A model generated the notes under the pieces. That model did no database searches and had not been told where the DNA came from. It worked only from the letters and a program-made list of their open reading frames with translations. This document shows positions 9,009-17,915 of a stretch of 64,000 nt of DNA, piece by piece (positions within the stretch are counted from its first letter, which is position 1; every line of letters begins with the position of its first letter). The DNA comes from an uncultured Candidatus Saccharibacteria bacterium (lineage in GTDB: Bacteria > Patescibacteriota > Minisyncoccia > 2-02-FULL-40-12 > GWA2-44-9). A program made the position numbers and the translations under genes. The stretch is taken from the NCBI GenBank assembly GCA_964553025.1, contig CAZKJF010000018.1, forward strand, positions 1,641-65,640. The letters run 5' to 3'.

Positions 9009-10016
9009 TTACGATCGGCGGGCCATGATGTTCTTCTTGTAGGCGTCGAGGTTTTCCAAGACGATGCCGGTCCCGCGAGCCACGCAGAATAGCGGGTCGT
9101 CGGCGATGCGCGCTGGCACGCCGGTTACTTTGGTAATGAATACATCTATGTTTTTCAGCAATGCGCCGCCGCCGGAGATAACGATCCCCTTATCCATAAT
9201 ATCCGAGCAGAGCTCGGGCGGCGTCACTTCGAGAACGCTTTTGACGATCTGGATGATCTCCCGCAGCTGATCGTGGAGCGCTTCGGTAATTTCATTGGAG
9301 GAAATTTCAATCGTTTGCGGATATCCGGTCGTAAGATCGCGGCCCTTGATGCTGATTTTTTCTTCGGCAGTCTGCTTCATGGCGCTTCCGATATTGATCT
9401 TGATCAATTCAGCTGTGCGTTCGCCGATCGCCAGGCTGTGCTTCTTTTTGATGTATTCAACGATTGCTTGGTCGAATTTATTGCCGCCGATGCGGACGGA
9501 TTGGGAACTGACGATGCCGCCCAGCGAGATCACGGCGAGTTCGGTCGTGCCGCCGCCGATGTTGAGGATCATGTTGCCGGAAGCGCTGTCGATGGGGATT
9601 TTGGCGCCGATCGCAGCCAAGACAGGTTCTTTGACGAGATAGACGGCTTTTGCGCCAGCATGGAGGGCCGCCTCGATTACGGCTCTCCGCTCCGTCGACG
9701 TGATTCCCGCCGGCACCGAAATTAAGACTTCGGGCTTCATGAAACTTAAAAACCCGCCGGCCTTTTTAATGAAATATTTGAGCATTGCGCCGGTGACGCG
9801 ATAGTCGGCAATCGCTCCGTCTACGAGCGGCCGCGAAACGATGATGCTTTCCGGCGCACGGCCGATCATTTCTTTGGCTCCGTTGCCGACGGCTAGGATT
9901 TTATTGTCCAGCACCGAGATTGCTACCACTGAAGGTTCATTAATGACAATGCCCTTCTGGGGCACGAAGACGACGGTATTGGTTGTTCCCAAATCGATGC
10001 CGATACTCCTTGCCAT
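9009..10016 (-). CDS. mreB: rod-shape-determining protein MreB (actin-like ATPase)
   Basis: MARSIGIDLGTTNTVVFVPQKGIVINEPSVVAI... and other actin-fold motifs throughout the protein. Confidence 0.9.
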   Translation of the reverse strand: MARSIGIDLGTTNTVVFVPQKGIVINEPSVVAISVLDNKILAVGNGAKEMIGRAPESIIVSRPLVDGAIADYRVTGAMLKYFIKKAGGFLSFMKPEVLISVPAGITSTERRAVIEAALHAGAKAVYLVKEPVLAAIGAKIPIDSASGNMILNIGGGTTELAVISLGGIVSSQSVRIGGNKFDQAIVEYIKKKHSLAIGERTAELIKINIGSAMKQTAEEKISIKGRDLTTGYPQTIEISSNEITEALHDQLREIIQIVKSVLEVTPPELCSDIMDKGIVISGGGALLKNIDVFITKVTGVPARIADDPLFCVARGTGIVLENLDAYKKNIMARRS

Positions 10017-10075
10017 AGTAAAAAATTATCTCAATTACTCTAGCTTGTTTCGCCCTAGAATGCAAATAAAGAGTG

Positions 10076-10084
10076 TGGTATAAT
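10076..10084 (+). promoter_or_regulatory. extended -10 promoter TGgTATAAT
   Basis: tgtggtataat at 10074-10084. The track ORF start at 10073 lies inside this box, so the real start is more likely ATG 10103. Confidence 0.4.
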
Positions 10085-10102
10085 AGTGTTCTAAGCTTTT
10101 CT

Positions 10103-10978
10103 ATGCACCGCACGACGCGCCGAATTATCTTCTACATTTGCCTTTGCATCTTTGTCGCCGTCAGTTACGTGGTTATTTTGTACGCCCAGGGCTATCGATA
10201 CAGCTTTGCTGAAAGCCGATTTACCCGAACCGGAGCTTTAGACGTGAAAGTAAATACCCAAGCCCGAGTGTATATTGACGGCGAAGATCGGGGTGCAACT
10301 TCGTTTTTGAGCAACGTCGGCGGCGTCGACGGCCTTGTACCCGGTACCTATACGTTAAGCGTGCGCAAAGACGGCTACTCGGTTTGGCAGAAAAAAGTAA
10401 CGATTGAGGAAGGGTTCGTTCAGCATTTTCCGCATGTGTTGATTTTGCCGCAAACGGGGCAAGATGCGGAGAATGTCCGCCAGGAAATTACCGCCTTGCT
10501 GTATCCTCCGATACCGTCGCCGACTGCTTCCGCTTCGGCCTCGCCGGGTATTTCTCCTTCCAAAACGCCGAAACCGACTGCAACCAAAAAACCGACGATC
10601 TCGCCCAGTCCCACTGCCACGCCGTATCCTTCAGCCCCCTTCTTTATTGATAAAAATACGCTCTATGTCCAAGGCTCGGATCAGCCTCAAGCTATCGCCC
10701 AAAACGTCTCCACCGCGTATCTTTCAGATGATCATCAAAAAGTAATGTGGATTTCGGGCGGACAGGTGTGGGTGTATTGGATTTCCGCTGCCGATTATCA
10801 GCCGTTCCATGAAGCCGGCGACATCGCGATGATCGCCAGTTTTAAGTCCTCAATCAAAGCTATTGCCTGGTTTCGGGATAGCGATCATATCGTCGCCGAT
10901 ATTGGGACAAGCGTCAGCCCGCTCTATAAGATCGTTGAACTTGATACGCGCGGCGGCTTGAATACTATCAGCTATTAG
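10103..10978 (+). CDS. membrane-anchored PEGA-domain protein with PT-rich linker
   Basis: N-terminal TM helix, a PEGA-like block (VDGLVPGTYTLSVRKDGYSVWQKKVTIEEG) and a Pro/Thr/Ser-rich stretch. Start moved to the second Met because of the promoter. Confidence 0.55.
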   Translation: MHRTTRRIIFYICLCIFVAVSYVVILYAQGYRYSFAESRFTRTGALDVKVNTQARVYIDGEDRGATSFLSNVGGVDGLVPGTYTLSVRKDGYSVWQKKVTIEEGFVQHFPHVLILPQTGQDAENVRQEITALLYPPIPSPTASASASPGISPSKTPKPTATKKPTISPSPTATPYPSAPFFIDKNTLYVQGSDQPQAIAQNVSTAYLSDDHQKVMWISGGQVWVYWISAADYQPFHEAGDIAMIASFKSSIKAIAWFRDSDHIVADIGTSVSPLYKIVELDTRGGLNTISY

Positions 10979-10990
10979 GTTTGCTGCTGT

Positions 10991-11028
10991 CCATCAGAAA
11001 AGGACCCGTACGGGTCCTTTTCTGATGG
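10991..11028. terminator. bidirectional terminator, 18-bp perfect stem
   Basis: ccatcagaaaaggacccgtacgggtccttttctgatgg lies between the PEGA gene (+) and rpsI (-). Confidence 0.7.
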
Positions 11029-11042
11029 AGACTGGCGGCTTG

Positions 11043-11591
11043 TTAGCGCTTGTTCCACTGCGGAGACTTTCGGGCTTTCTTGAGGCCGTACTTGCGGCGC
11101 TCTTTGGCGCGCGGATCGCGCATCAGGAATTGAGATTTCTTGAGCTTCTTGCGGAAGTTCAGATCGAATAACACCAAGGCACGAGCGATGCCGTGTTTAA
11201 TGGCACCGGCTTGGCCGGCAATGCCGCCGCCGTTGACGACGACGGTCGCTTTGAAGCGATTCAGTGATTTGAGTTTGCGAAGCGGCGATTCAACGATGTA
11301 TTGCAAATTCACGTCCGAGAAATAGTCAGTGTAGTTCTTGTCGTTCACCGTAACCAGAGCTTTCTCTTCGTCGGCGGCATCAGTTGATTTTTTGGTAAAT
11401 AATCGGACGCGGGCGATCGATTCCTTGCGGCGGCCGACGGCTTCATAGTATTTCTCTTTGCCGCCTTTAGCGTCAGTATCGGCTTCGAATACGGGCGCGG
11501 CTGCATCCATGTCGGAATCAACGATAACTTCTTCGACCTCTTTCTTGGCCGGAGTCAGTTTTTTGGGTTGTGCGGGTTTGCGGGGTGGCAT
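11043..11591 (-). CDS. rpsI: 30S ribosomal protein S9 with ~45-aa Lys/acidic N-terminal extension
   Basis: Core GRRKESIARVRLF...GGGIAGQAGAIKHGIARAL...KKARKSPQWNKR matches S9. The extension may reflect a later start (internal Met, M28). Confidence 0.85.
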   Translation of the reverse strand: MPPRKPAQPKKLTPAKKEVEEVIVDSDMDAAAPVFEADTDAKGGKEKYYEAVGRRKESIARVRLFTKKSTDAADEEKALVTVNDKNYTDYFSDVNLQYIVESPLRKLKSLNRFKATVVVNGGGIAGQAGAIKHGIARALVLFDLNFRKKLKKSQFLMRDPRAKERRKYGLKKARKSPQWNKR

Positions 11592-11593
11592 GA

Positions 11594-11935
11594 TTATTTA
11601 ACTTTCAAATTCTTGATGATTTTATCGCGAGTTTTGTTTTTCGGCAACATCCGATAGACGACATGGCGCAAAACTTCGGCCGGCGATTTTTCCCAGCGCT
11701 GACCAAGCGTGCGGGCGCTGATGCCGCTGTGATAGCCAGAATAGCGATAATACATTTTATTGTTGAGCTTGTCGCCGGTAAATCGGGCCTTGTCGAGGTT
11801 CTTCACGTGGACTTCGATCTGCGGAGTCTGATGAGGCGTATAGGCCGGCGTGTGCTTGCCGCGCAAAACACTCGCCGCTTCGGTGGCAACGCGACCCAGT
11901 GCTTTATTTGTTGCGTCGATTTCGTACGTAGTCAT
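11594..11935 (-). CDS. rplM: 50S ribosomal protein L13 (short form, 113 aa)
   Basis: ALGRVATEAASVLRGKHTPAYTPH...YYRYSGYHSG...RMLPKNK matches L13. Confidence 0.85.
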   Translation of the reverse strand: MTTYEIDATNKALGRVATEAASVLRGKHTPAYTPHQTPQIEVHVKNLDKARFTGDKLNNKMYYRYSGYHSGISARTLGQRWEKSPAEVLRHVVYRMLPKNKTRDKIIKNLKVK

Positions 11936-11937
11936 GG

Positions 11938-12285
11938 TTATTTCACAAGCTGAATTAAGGCCATTTCTGCGCCATCGCTTTTGCGCTGGCCGAGGCGGAT
12001 GATGCGGGTGTATCCGCCGGCGCGGCTTGCCTGATCTCTGGCGATCTCATTCATTAATTTTTGAACGGCCTTCGGTCCCAATTCGGCTGCCAGTTCGCGA
12101 CGGGCATTCAAATTCTGGCGTTTGGCGAGGGTGATCAAGCGGGCGATCTCTTTGGTCAAAGATTTGGCTTTGGCTTCGGTAGTTTTGATCTGGCCATGAT
12201 CAATCAGCGCCGTTGCCAGCGATTTATAGAGTGCGTTGCGGAGATTGCGCTCACGGCCGAATTTTCGATGATTTCCTCGTCGCAT
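11938..12285 (-). CDS. rplQ: 50S ribosomal protein L17
   Basis: MRRGNHRKFGRERNLRNALYKSLATALIDHGQIKTTEAKAK matches L17. Confidence 0.9.
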   Translation of the reverse strand: MRRGNHRKFGRERNLRNALYKSLATALIDHGQIKTTEAKAKSLTKEIARLITLAKRQNLNARRELAAELGPKAVQKLMNEIARDQASRAGGYTRIIRLGQRKSDGAEMALIQLVK

Positions 12286-12288
12286 GGT

Positions 12289-13026
12289 TTATTTGGTTTT
12301 CTTTTTGGTCGCTGCTGTAGACGGTTTCTTTTCTTTGACTTCCGGAATGGCGACATCGGAGACGGCTTTAAAATGATCGATTAAAATTTCAGCGGATTTC
12401 TTGAGGGCCAATTCCGGTTCCAGCGAACCGTCGGTTTCAATTTCCATCGTAATCTTGTTGAAATCAATGCGCTGGCCGACGCGGACGTCTTCGATTTTGA
12501 AGTTAACCAATCGGACCGGCGAGAAAGCAGCATCAATGGCGATGACCCCGATGGCGAGTTTTTCCTTCTGGCGCTGTTCAACAGGAACATAGCCGACGCC
12601 GCGTTCAACGTCGATCTCCATCGAGAATTCAGTTTTCTTGTCGGTAATCGTGGCAATATGCTGATCTTTATTAATGACTTCCACGTCCGGCGTGGTTTTG
12701 ATATCAGCGGCGGTAACGGCTTTTTCGCCTTTGACTTCGAGCGTAAGCTTGGCCGACGCTTCCCCGTGCAATTTAAAACGGATCTTCTTAAGATTCAAAA
12801 TAATTTCGATCACGTCTTCCAGGACGCCGGGCATGCTTGAGAATTCATGGTCAACTCCTTTGATCTTGACCGAAGTGATTGCCGCGCCTTCCAAAGATGA
12901 CAACAGCACGCGTCGAAGCGGATTGGCGATCGTTGCACCGTAGCCGGGCATCAGCGGTCCGATTTCGATCGTGGCCTTGCTGCCCTCTTTAGCGATTACT
13001 TTGATTGTATCCGGTAACTGTATCAT
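12289..13026 (-). CDS. rpoA: DNA-directed RNA polymerase subunit alpha, N-terminal domain only (no alpha-CTD)
   Basis: MIQLPDT...IEIGPLMPGYGATIANPLRRVLLSSLEGAAITSVKI matches the alpha NTD. Only 245 aa, ending in a Lys-rich tail. rplQ starts 3 nt downstream. Confidence 0.85.
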   Translation of the reverse strand: MIQLPDTIKVIAKEGSKATIEIGPLMPGYGATIANPLRRVLLSSLEGAAITSVKIKGVDHEFSSMPGVLEDVIEIILNLKKIRFKLHGEASAKLTLEVKGEKAVTAADIKTTPDVEVINKDQHIATITDKKTEFSMEIDVERGVGYVPVEQRQKEKLAIGVIAIDAAFSPVRLVNFKIEDVRVGQRIDFNKITMEIETDGSLEPELALKKSAEILIDHFKAVSDVAIPEVKEKKPSTAATKKKTK

Positions 13027-13080
13027 GGATTTGAGCTGGTATATGGATTAGTAATCTCGCATATATCCGCTTGTTATATT

Positions 13081-13716
13081 TTAACGGGAATAAAACTCGA
13101 TTATGGCTTGCAAGTCGTTGACGCCGATACCGCTTTCTTCGGGGGTCGTCATGCCTTTCACCGTCGCCGTCATCGTCTCTTTCTTTAATTCAATCCAGCT
13201 TGGCGCATCATACTTCGCCAGCCACTGCGGGACAAGATTCGTAAAGTAAGCGGCTTTTCGGCTTCCTTCTCGAACGGTAATGACATCGCCGATGCGGACA
13301 CGGAAAGACGGAATATTGACCTTCTCGCCGTTGACCAGGATATGGCCGTGATTGACGATCTGGCGAGCTTGGTCGCGAGACTGGGCAAGACCCATGCGGA
13401 AAACGACATTATCCAGGCGGTGCTCAAAGGCATTCAAAATGGTGCTGTAGGGTTCCTTTTTGGTGGCAACGGCTTTTTTGATATAGGCCTTGAACTGTTT
13501 TTCCAGCAAGCGATAGATGTTCTTTACCTTTTGCTTGGACTTCAGCTGGATTGCGTATTCGGAAGGCTTGCGGGAAGGTTTGCGGCCGTTAATACCCGGC
13601 GGATACGGTTTTTTGGTAATGGCAGTTTTGCCGTTTTGAGAACGTTCACCCTTGATGAGAATTTTCTCACCGATTCGTCGTTCTATTTTTTCTTTTGGTC
13701 CTGTATAGCGTGCCAT
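13081..13716 (-). CDS. rpsD: 30S ribosomal protein S4
   Basis: MARYTGPKEKIERRIGEKIL... matches S4. Confidence 0.9.
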   Translation of the reverse strand: MARYTGPKEKIERRIGEKILIKGERSQNGKTAITKKPYPPGINGRKPSRKPSEYAIQLKSKQKVKNIYRLLEKQFKAYIKKAVATKKEPYSTILNAFEHRLDNVVFRMGLAQSRDQARQIVNHGHILVNGEKVNIPSFRVRIGDVITVREGSRKAAYFTNLVPQWLAKYDAPSWIELKKETMTATVKGMTTPEESGIGVNDLQAIIEFYSR

Positions 13717-13725
13717 AGTGTGTGA

Positions 13726-14166
13726 TTATACGCGGCGCGGTTTCTTGCGTCGGACGCCGTTGTGGGCGATTGGCGTGTTATCCTGGATGGACATTACGTT
13801 CAAACCGCTGCCCGCGAGTCCGCGGATCGCGGACTCGCGGCCCGGCCCGACGCCTTTCACGACGATTTTAATATTTTGCAGATTATATTTCTTGGCCTTT
13901 TCGAGGCAATCCTTTGCTACTAGGTTTGCGGCATACGGAGTGGATTTCTTAGTACCCTTGAAGCCCAAAAGACCGGCTGAAGACCAGGAAATAATCTGGC
14001 CCTTGCTGTCGCCGATAGCGATAAGCGTGTTGTTGTATGAAACGTTGATATGAGCGGTCCCGTTCAAAACCTGCTTCTTGGAAGAAGCCTTCTTGGGAGC
14101 TTCGGCGACCGCCGGAGTTTCCGCGGCCGGAGCGTCTGTTTTCGTGATTAATTTATTCTTTCCCAT
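13726..14166 (-). CDS. rpsK: 30S ribosomal protein S11
   Basis: GTAHINVSYNNTLIAIGDSKGQIISWSSAG...GFKGTKKSTPYAA matches S11. Confidence 0.9.
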   Translation of the reverse strand: MGKNKLITKTDAPAAETPAVAEAPKKASSKKQVLNGTAHINVSYNNTLIAIGDSKGQIISWSSAGLLGFKGTKKSTPYAANLVAKDCLEKAKKYNLQNIKIVVKGVGPGRESAIRGLAGSGLNVMSIQDNTPIAHNGVRRKKPRRV

Positions 14167-14181
14167 GTGTTTGAATCAGGT

Positions 14182-14568
14182 TTATGTCTTTTCAGCTGAC
14201 GGTTTGCGACCCGAACCCATTGTCTTGCGGACGTTGCCGCGCGTGGTGCGGGAGTTGGTCTTGGTGCGGCCATGGAGCGGGAGACGACGCGCGTGGCGGA
14301 CGCCTTTCCAAGCCCCGATTTCCTTGAGGCGTTTGACATTCTGGCTGATCTCTCGGCGCAGATCGCCTTCCACGCGATAGCCCTTTTCGATGATTTTTTG
14401 AATTTTATTCAATTCCTCGGCGGTCAAATCTTTGGCGCGCTTGTCGAGGTCAATGCCGGCCGAGCGGAGAATTACCGTCGCAGCCGTGTGGCCAATACCG
14501 TATAAATACGGCAAGGCGTACTCGATCTTCTTATTATCCGGAATATTGATACCGAGAATTCGTGGCAT
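14182..14568 (-). CDS. rpsM: 30S ribosomal protein S13
   Basis: MPRILGINIPDNKKIEYALPYLYGIGHTAATVIL matches S13. Confidence 0.9.
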   Translation of the reverse strand: MPRILGINIPDNKKIEYALPYLYGIGHTAATVILRSAGIDLDKRAKDLTAEELNKIQKIIEKGYRVEGDLRREISQNVKRLKEIGAWKGVRHARRLPLHGRTKTNSRTTRGNVRKTMGSGRKPSAEKT

Positions 14569-14572
14569 GGAT

Positions 14573-14686
14573 TTAACCTTGGCGCTGCTTATGTTTGGGA
14601 TTTTTGCACACGCAATACAGGCGTCCCTTGCGGCGCACTAACTTGCAGTTATTGCACATGGGTTTTACTGATGCGCGTACTTTCAT
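14573..14686 (-). CDS. rpmJ: 50S ribosomal protein L36 (37 aa)
   Basis: Absent from the ORF track. Manual minus-strand translation gives [37 protein letters not shown] with the C-x2-C...C-x-C zinc-ribbon pattern of L36. It lies between infA and rpsM, as in the canonical operon. Confidence 0.85.
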   Translation of the reverse strand: MKVRASVKPMCNNCKLVRRKGRLYCVCKNPKHKQRQG

Positions 14687-14691
14687 CTCAA

Positions 14692-14982
14692 TTAATTGCG
14701 ATATACGATCCGGCCCCGCTGTCCGTCCGGAGAAAGCTCCATGGTAACGCGATCGCCGATCATCACTTTAATATAATTCATCCGCATTTTACCCGCCAGG
14801 TATGCCAATACTTCCCGGCCATCCTCGAGCTGGACTTTAAAAGTCGTATCGGGGAGAGCTTCGATAATAATGCCATTGATCTTTTCTTTTTGCGGGTTTT
14901 GTTGGCTTGGCACCGTGGGTGTATGGCTCTTTAAAAAAGAAAGGCCATCATGCGTGGTGGCTCTGGTAACGGGGGCCGCCAC
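14692..14982 (-). CDS. infA: translation initiation factor IF-1 (true start probably internal, around 14910)
   Basis: Core [62 protein letters not shown] is an S1-like OB fold matching IF-1. The first ~25 aa of the track ORF are unlikely to be real. Confidence 0.8.
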   Translation of the reverse strand: MAAPVTRATTHDGLSFLKSHTPTVPSQQNPQKEKINGIIIEALPDTTFKVQLEDGREVLAYLAGKMRMNYIKVMIGDRVTMELSPDGQRGRIVYRN

Positions 14983-15082
14983 TTAGTAATCATGGGTCCC
15001 GTGGAGAAACTCTTGCCTGGAGGCCGTTATTTCAACTCCAGTATCTTAGCAAATAGGCCATTTTCTGTCAATGGGGATATCG

Positions 15083-16924
15083 CTAATAGCTGAAATTGAT
15101 GTGGACTTTGTCGCTGTTTTTAGGAATCGAACGGACCCAGAGCGGCCGGAGGACAACGTTGGCCGAGGTGATATTCGGCAGGTTTTCTAAGTAATTCTTG
15201 ATGTCCTGGTCATGTTTGCCCAGGAGTTGGGCAGTCAGTTGGCCGGCGTCGATTTTGGCGTAAGCCCGGCCGGTAACGGTGACCGTCATAGTAAGCGTTT
15301 TGGCAGCCGGATCGTAATGATCATTGCTGTAGGTAACCGTAATTTTGCCGGGTTCGACATGAAGGCCGTTCTTGGCGTCCACATAACCGGCGATTAAGGA
15401 TTGAATATCAGATTCGCGGAAACCGACGGCAGTTACAGTGCCTTTGAGCGTCATGGTGATGGTATCGGCGGCTTCATCAACCTCGGCCGAAACGGTGGGC
15501 GCGGCAATTTGAATGTCTGATTGGCCGAGCACTTTCAATCCGCTGGCCTGGGATCCAAGTTCATCCTGAACTTGGGATTTTAGCTGGTCGGTAAGCGTGG
15601 CTTTCAAAATGTCGTAATCGCTCTGGGTTACGACATTCGCTTTACCGCTCGTACCGCCTTTCATGGGAGCGGCGGCCTTACCGTAAATTTTTTGGAATTT
15701 GGTCGCATCCCCTTTTTCCTGAAAAGCAGGGATGGTGAACGTGCCGGCGGCGACGTTGTAATCAGTGCCGGCTTTGTCCGCGATGATCTGAACGTTAACA
15801 GTTCCCGGCGTGGTTGCATTCTTGGCCGCCGGCACGTTCACATTCGTTAAAGTGCGGAATACGTGGCCGTCAGAAGAAGTAAAGCGCGTTGTTGCAATCA
15901 ATGATTGGGCGGCGTTGGTTTCATTATATATCGTAATCGTGCCTCGTGCTTTCTGAGCTACGTCTTTTTGGCCGGTCGTGGCGGCGCTTTGGGAAACTTC
16001 TTTTTGAACCGTGAAAATCTGGCCCGGGATTTTCATGCCCGCGGCGTCAACCGTAGCGATATTCTCGCCGGCGGCGACATTCAAAGCCAAATTAATCGGT
16101 GTGCTTTGGGGCTCGACGGTGACTTGGGCGCTGCCGGTAGTCATATAGAGTACGCCGGCGGCGGCGGCGAGCAGGGCGACGGCAAACGTCGCAATCAGGC
16201 GCGTACGCATGCGGCGCCCGGACTTGGGCGGGACGCTTGCGGGCGCAATCCTGGTTTTCAGGCCGGCTTTCTTGGCGACGAATTCAGGCCGCCACATGCT
16301 TTCAACGGCATCTTCATCGATACCGCGTTCAGCGGCGGGAATGTGGTGAACTTCGAGATTTTGCTGTTTCTCCCGGGTTGCGGAAATCTTAACCGGCTTC
16401 TGGTCTTCAATATCGTCAGTATCAATAATTTCCTCCATCCGTCGGGCAACAGCAGGAACCGTTTCGGCTTCGCCCTCGTCAATGTCTTCTTTGGGAGTTT
16501 CTTCTATTTCGGGTTCAGATTGATCTTCGGCAACTTCTTGTTCATCGGCTGGATCCTCCTCTGTTTCTTCAACTGCGATTTCATGCTTGGCCGGCGCAAC
16601 TTGGTAGAATTCTTCAATCTGATTGACGACGTTTACGGAGTTGGATTTTTTGCGGCTGGATGATGCGGGCCGGGACAGTAAAACGTCAAATCCGTATTGT
16701 TTGGCGATTTCATTAACGTCAGGATTCGAACACAGAAAAGAAACCGTCTTTTTGATGGAATTGGCTTCTTCTCGGAGCGTAGCGAAGTGAGCTTCTTTTT
16801 GGAATGCTTTGGAACGTTTGGGCAGGACGAAGATTACTTCAGCAGCCGGCGTAGACTTGAAGATATCAAGGATTTCGCTAAAGGAGTCGTCCTTTAAAAC
16901 ATTGATAATCTTTGTAGAAGCCAT
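15083..16924 (-). CDS. hypothetical bitopic membrane protein (613 aa): N-terminal cytoplasmic domain, long acidic linker, one TM helix, large extracytoplasmic domain
   Basis: Acidic stretch EETEEDPADEQEVAEDQSEPEIEETPKEDIDEGEAE and TM segment LIATFAVALLAAAAGVLYM. I recognise no family. Confidence 0.5.
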   Translation of the reverse strand: MASTKIINVLKDDSFSEILDIFKSTPAAEVIFVLPKRSKAFQKEAHFATLREEANSIKKTVSFLCSNPDVNEIAKQYGFDVLLSRPASSSRKKSNSVNVVNQIEEFYQVAPAKHEIAVEETEEDPADEQEVAEDQSEPEIEETPKEDIDEGEAETVPAVARRMEEIIDTDDIEDQKPVKISATREKQQNLEVHHIPAAERGIDEDAVESMWRPEFVAKKAGLKTRIAPASVPPKSGRRMRTRLIATFAVALLAAAAGVLYMTTGSAQVTVEPQSTPINLALNVAAGENIATVDAAGMKIPGQIFTVQKEVSQSAATTGQKDVAQKARGTITIYNETNAAQSLIATTRFTSSDGHVFRTLTNVNVPAAKNATTPGTVNVQIIADKAGTDYNVAAGTFTIPAFQEKGDATKFQKIYGKAAAPMKGGTSGKANVVTQSDYDILKATLTDQLKSQVQDELGSQASGLKVLGQSDIQIAAPTVSAEVDEAADTITMTLKGTVTAVGFRESDIQSLIAGYVDAKNGLHVEPGKITVTYSNDHYDPAAKTLTMTVTVTGRAYAKIDAGQLTAQLLGKHDQDIKNYLENLPNITSANVVLRPLWVRSIPKNSDKVHINFSY

Positions 16925-16968
16925 GTATATAAGTTATTCTAACAGGTTTTTCAATTATAGCGCAAGAT

Positions 16969-17913
16969 TCAATTATTTGCCAAGACGGCCAGGGCCTGGC
17001 TGGCGTTTTTGGTCAGCATCAGCTGATCTCGCAATTCTTTGGCTTGGGGCCAGCCGGCGATGTATACCTTATAGAATCGCTTCAGAACGTCGTAATGCTT
17101 CTGTTCGCCCCAGAGTTCCATGAAGAGTTCAACGTGGCGACGGCACAATTTGATGCGTTCGAAAGGAGTTTTGGAGGCGGGATCGACGGTCGGATCAAAC
17201 AGCCACGGATTGCGGAATATCGCCCGTCCGACCATGATGCCGTCTAGGCCATGCTGATTAGCCTTCTCGATACCCTCTCGATGCGAAGCAACGTCGCCGT
17301 TAGCGACAACAGTGGTATCATATGATTTGGCCAGGCGAGCAATCTCACCTGCTAGCTCCCAATGGGCCGGGACTTTTGACATTTCTTTCATAGTCCGGAG
17401 ATGAACGATCAGCGCCGCGGCGCCCGCGGCGAGGATGTTTTCAAGCCATCTCATATCCGGTTCATTGAAGCCGAGCCGGGTTTTGAGGGAAACCGGCAGG
17501 CCGCCGGCGCCGCGTTTCGCAGCTTCAATAATCTCCCGCGCCAATTCCGGCGTTTTGCAGAGTGCGATTCCCGCTCCTTGTTTAATAACTTTGCGATCAG
17601 GGCAGCCCATATTGATATCGATGCCGTCAAATCCCAAATCCTTAATGAGCCGCGCGGATTCAAAGAAGTGCTCCGGATTATTGCCGAATATTTGGGCGAC
17701 AATCGGCCGTTCATTTTCTCGAAAAGCAAAATGCGGCAGCAATTTTGACTGGCCCCTTTCCGAGCATAAACCCGCCGCCGATACGAATTCGGTATAAAAA
17801 ACATCCGGCCGGCCGCACTCGGCCACGATCTGCCGGAAGGCCATATCCGTCACATCAGCCATCGGCGCCAGTGCGAAAAACGGCTTTTTAAGTTCCTGCC
17901 AGAAGTTTGCCAT
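16969..17913 (-). CDS. tRNA-dihydrouridine synthase (Dus family, TIM-barrel flavoenzyme)
   Basis: FFALAPMADVTDMAFRQIV...GIDINMGCP... matches Dus. Confidence 0.85.
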   Translation of the reverse strand: MANFWQELKKPFFALAPMADVTDMAFRQIVAECGRPDVFYTEFVSAAGLCSERGQSKLLPHFAFRENERPIVAQIFGNNPEHFFESARLIKDLGFDGIDINMGCPDRKVIKQGAGIALCKTPELAREIIEAAKRGAGGLPVSLKTRLGFNEPDMRWLENILAAGAAALIVHLRTMKEMSKVPAHWELAGEIARLAKSYDTTVVANGDVASHREGIEKANQHGLDGIMVGRAIFRNPWLFDPTVDPASKTPFERIKLCRRHVELFMELWGEQKHYDVLKRFYKVYIAGWPQAKELRDQLMLTKNASQALAVLANN

Positions 17914-17915
17914 AG

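Noticed and set aside
10073-10102. Track start codon of the PEGA-protein ORF at 10073
   Set aside because: That ATG lies inside the TGgTATAAT -10 element (10076-10084), so the downstream ATG at 10103 is the more plausible start.
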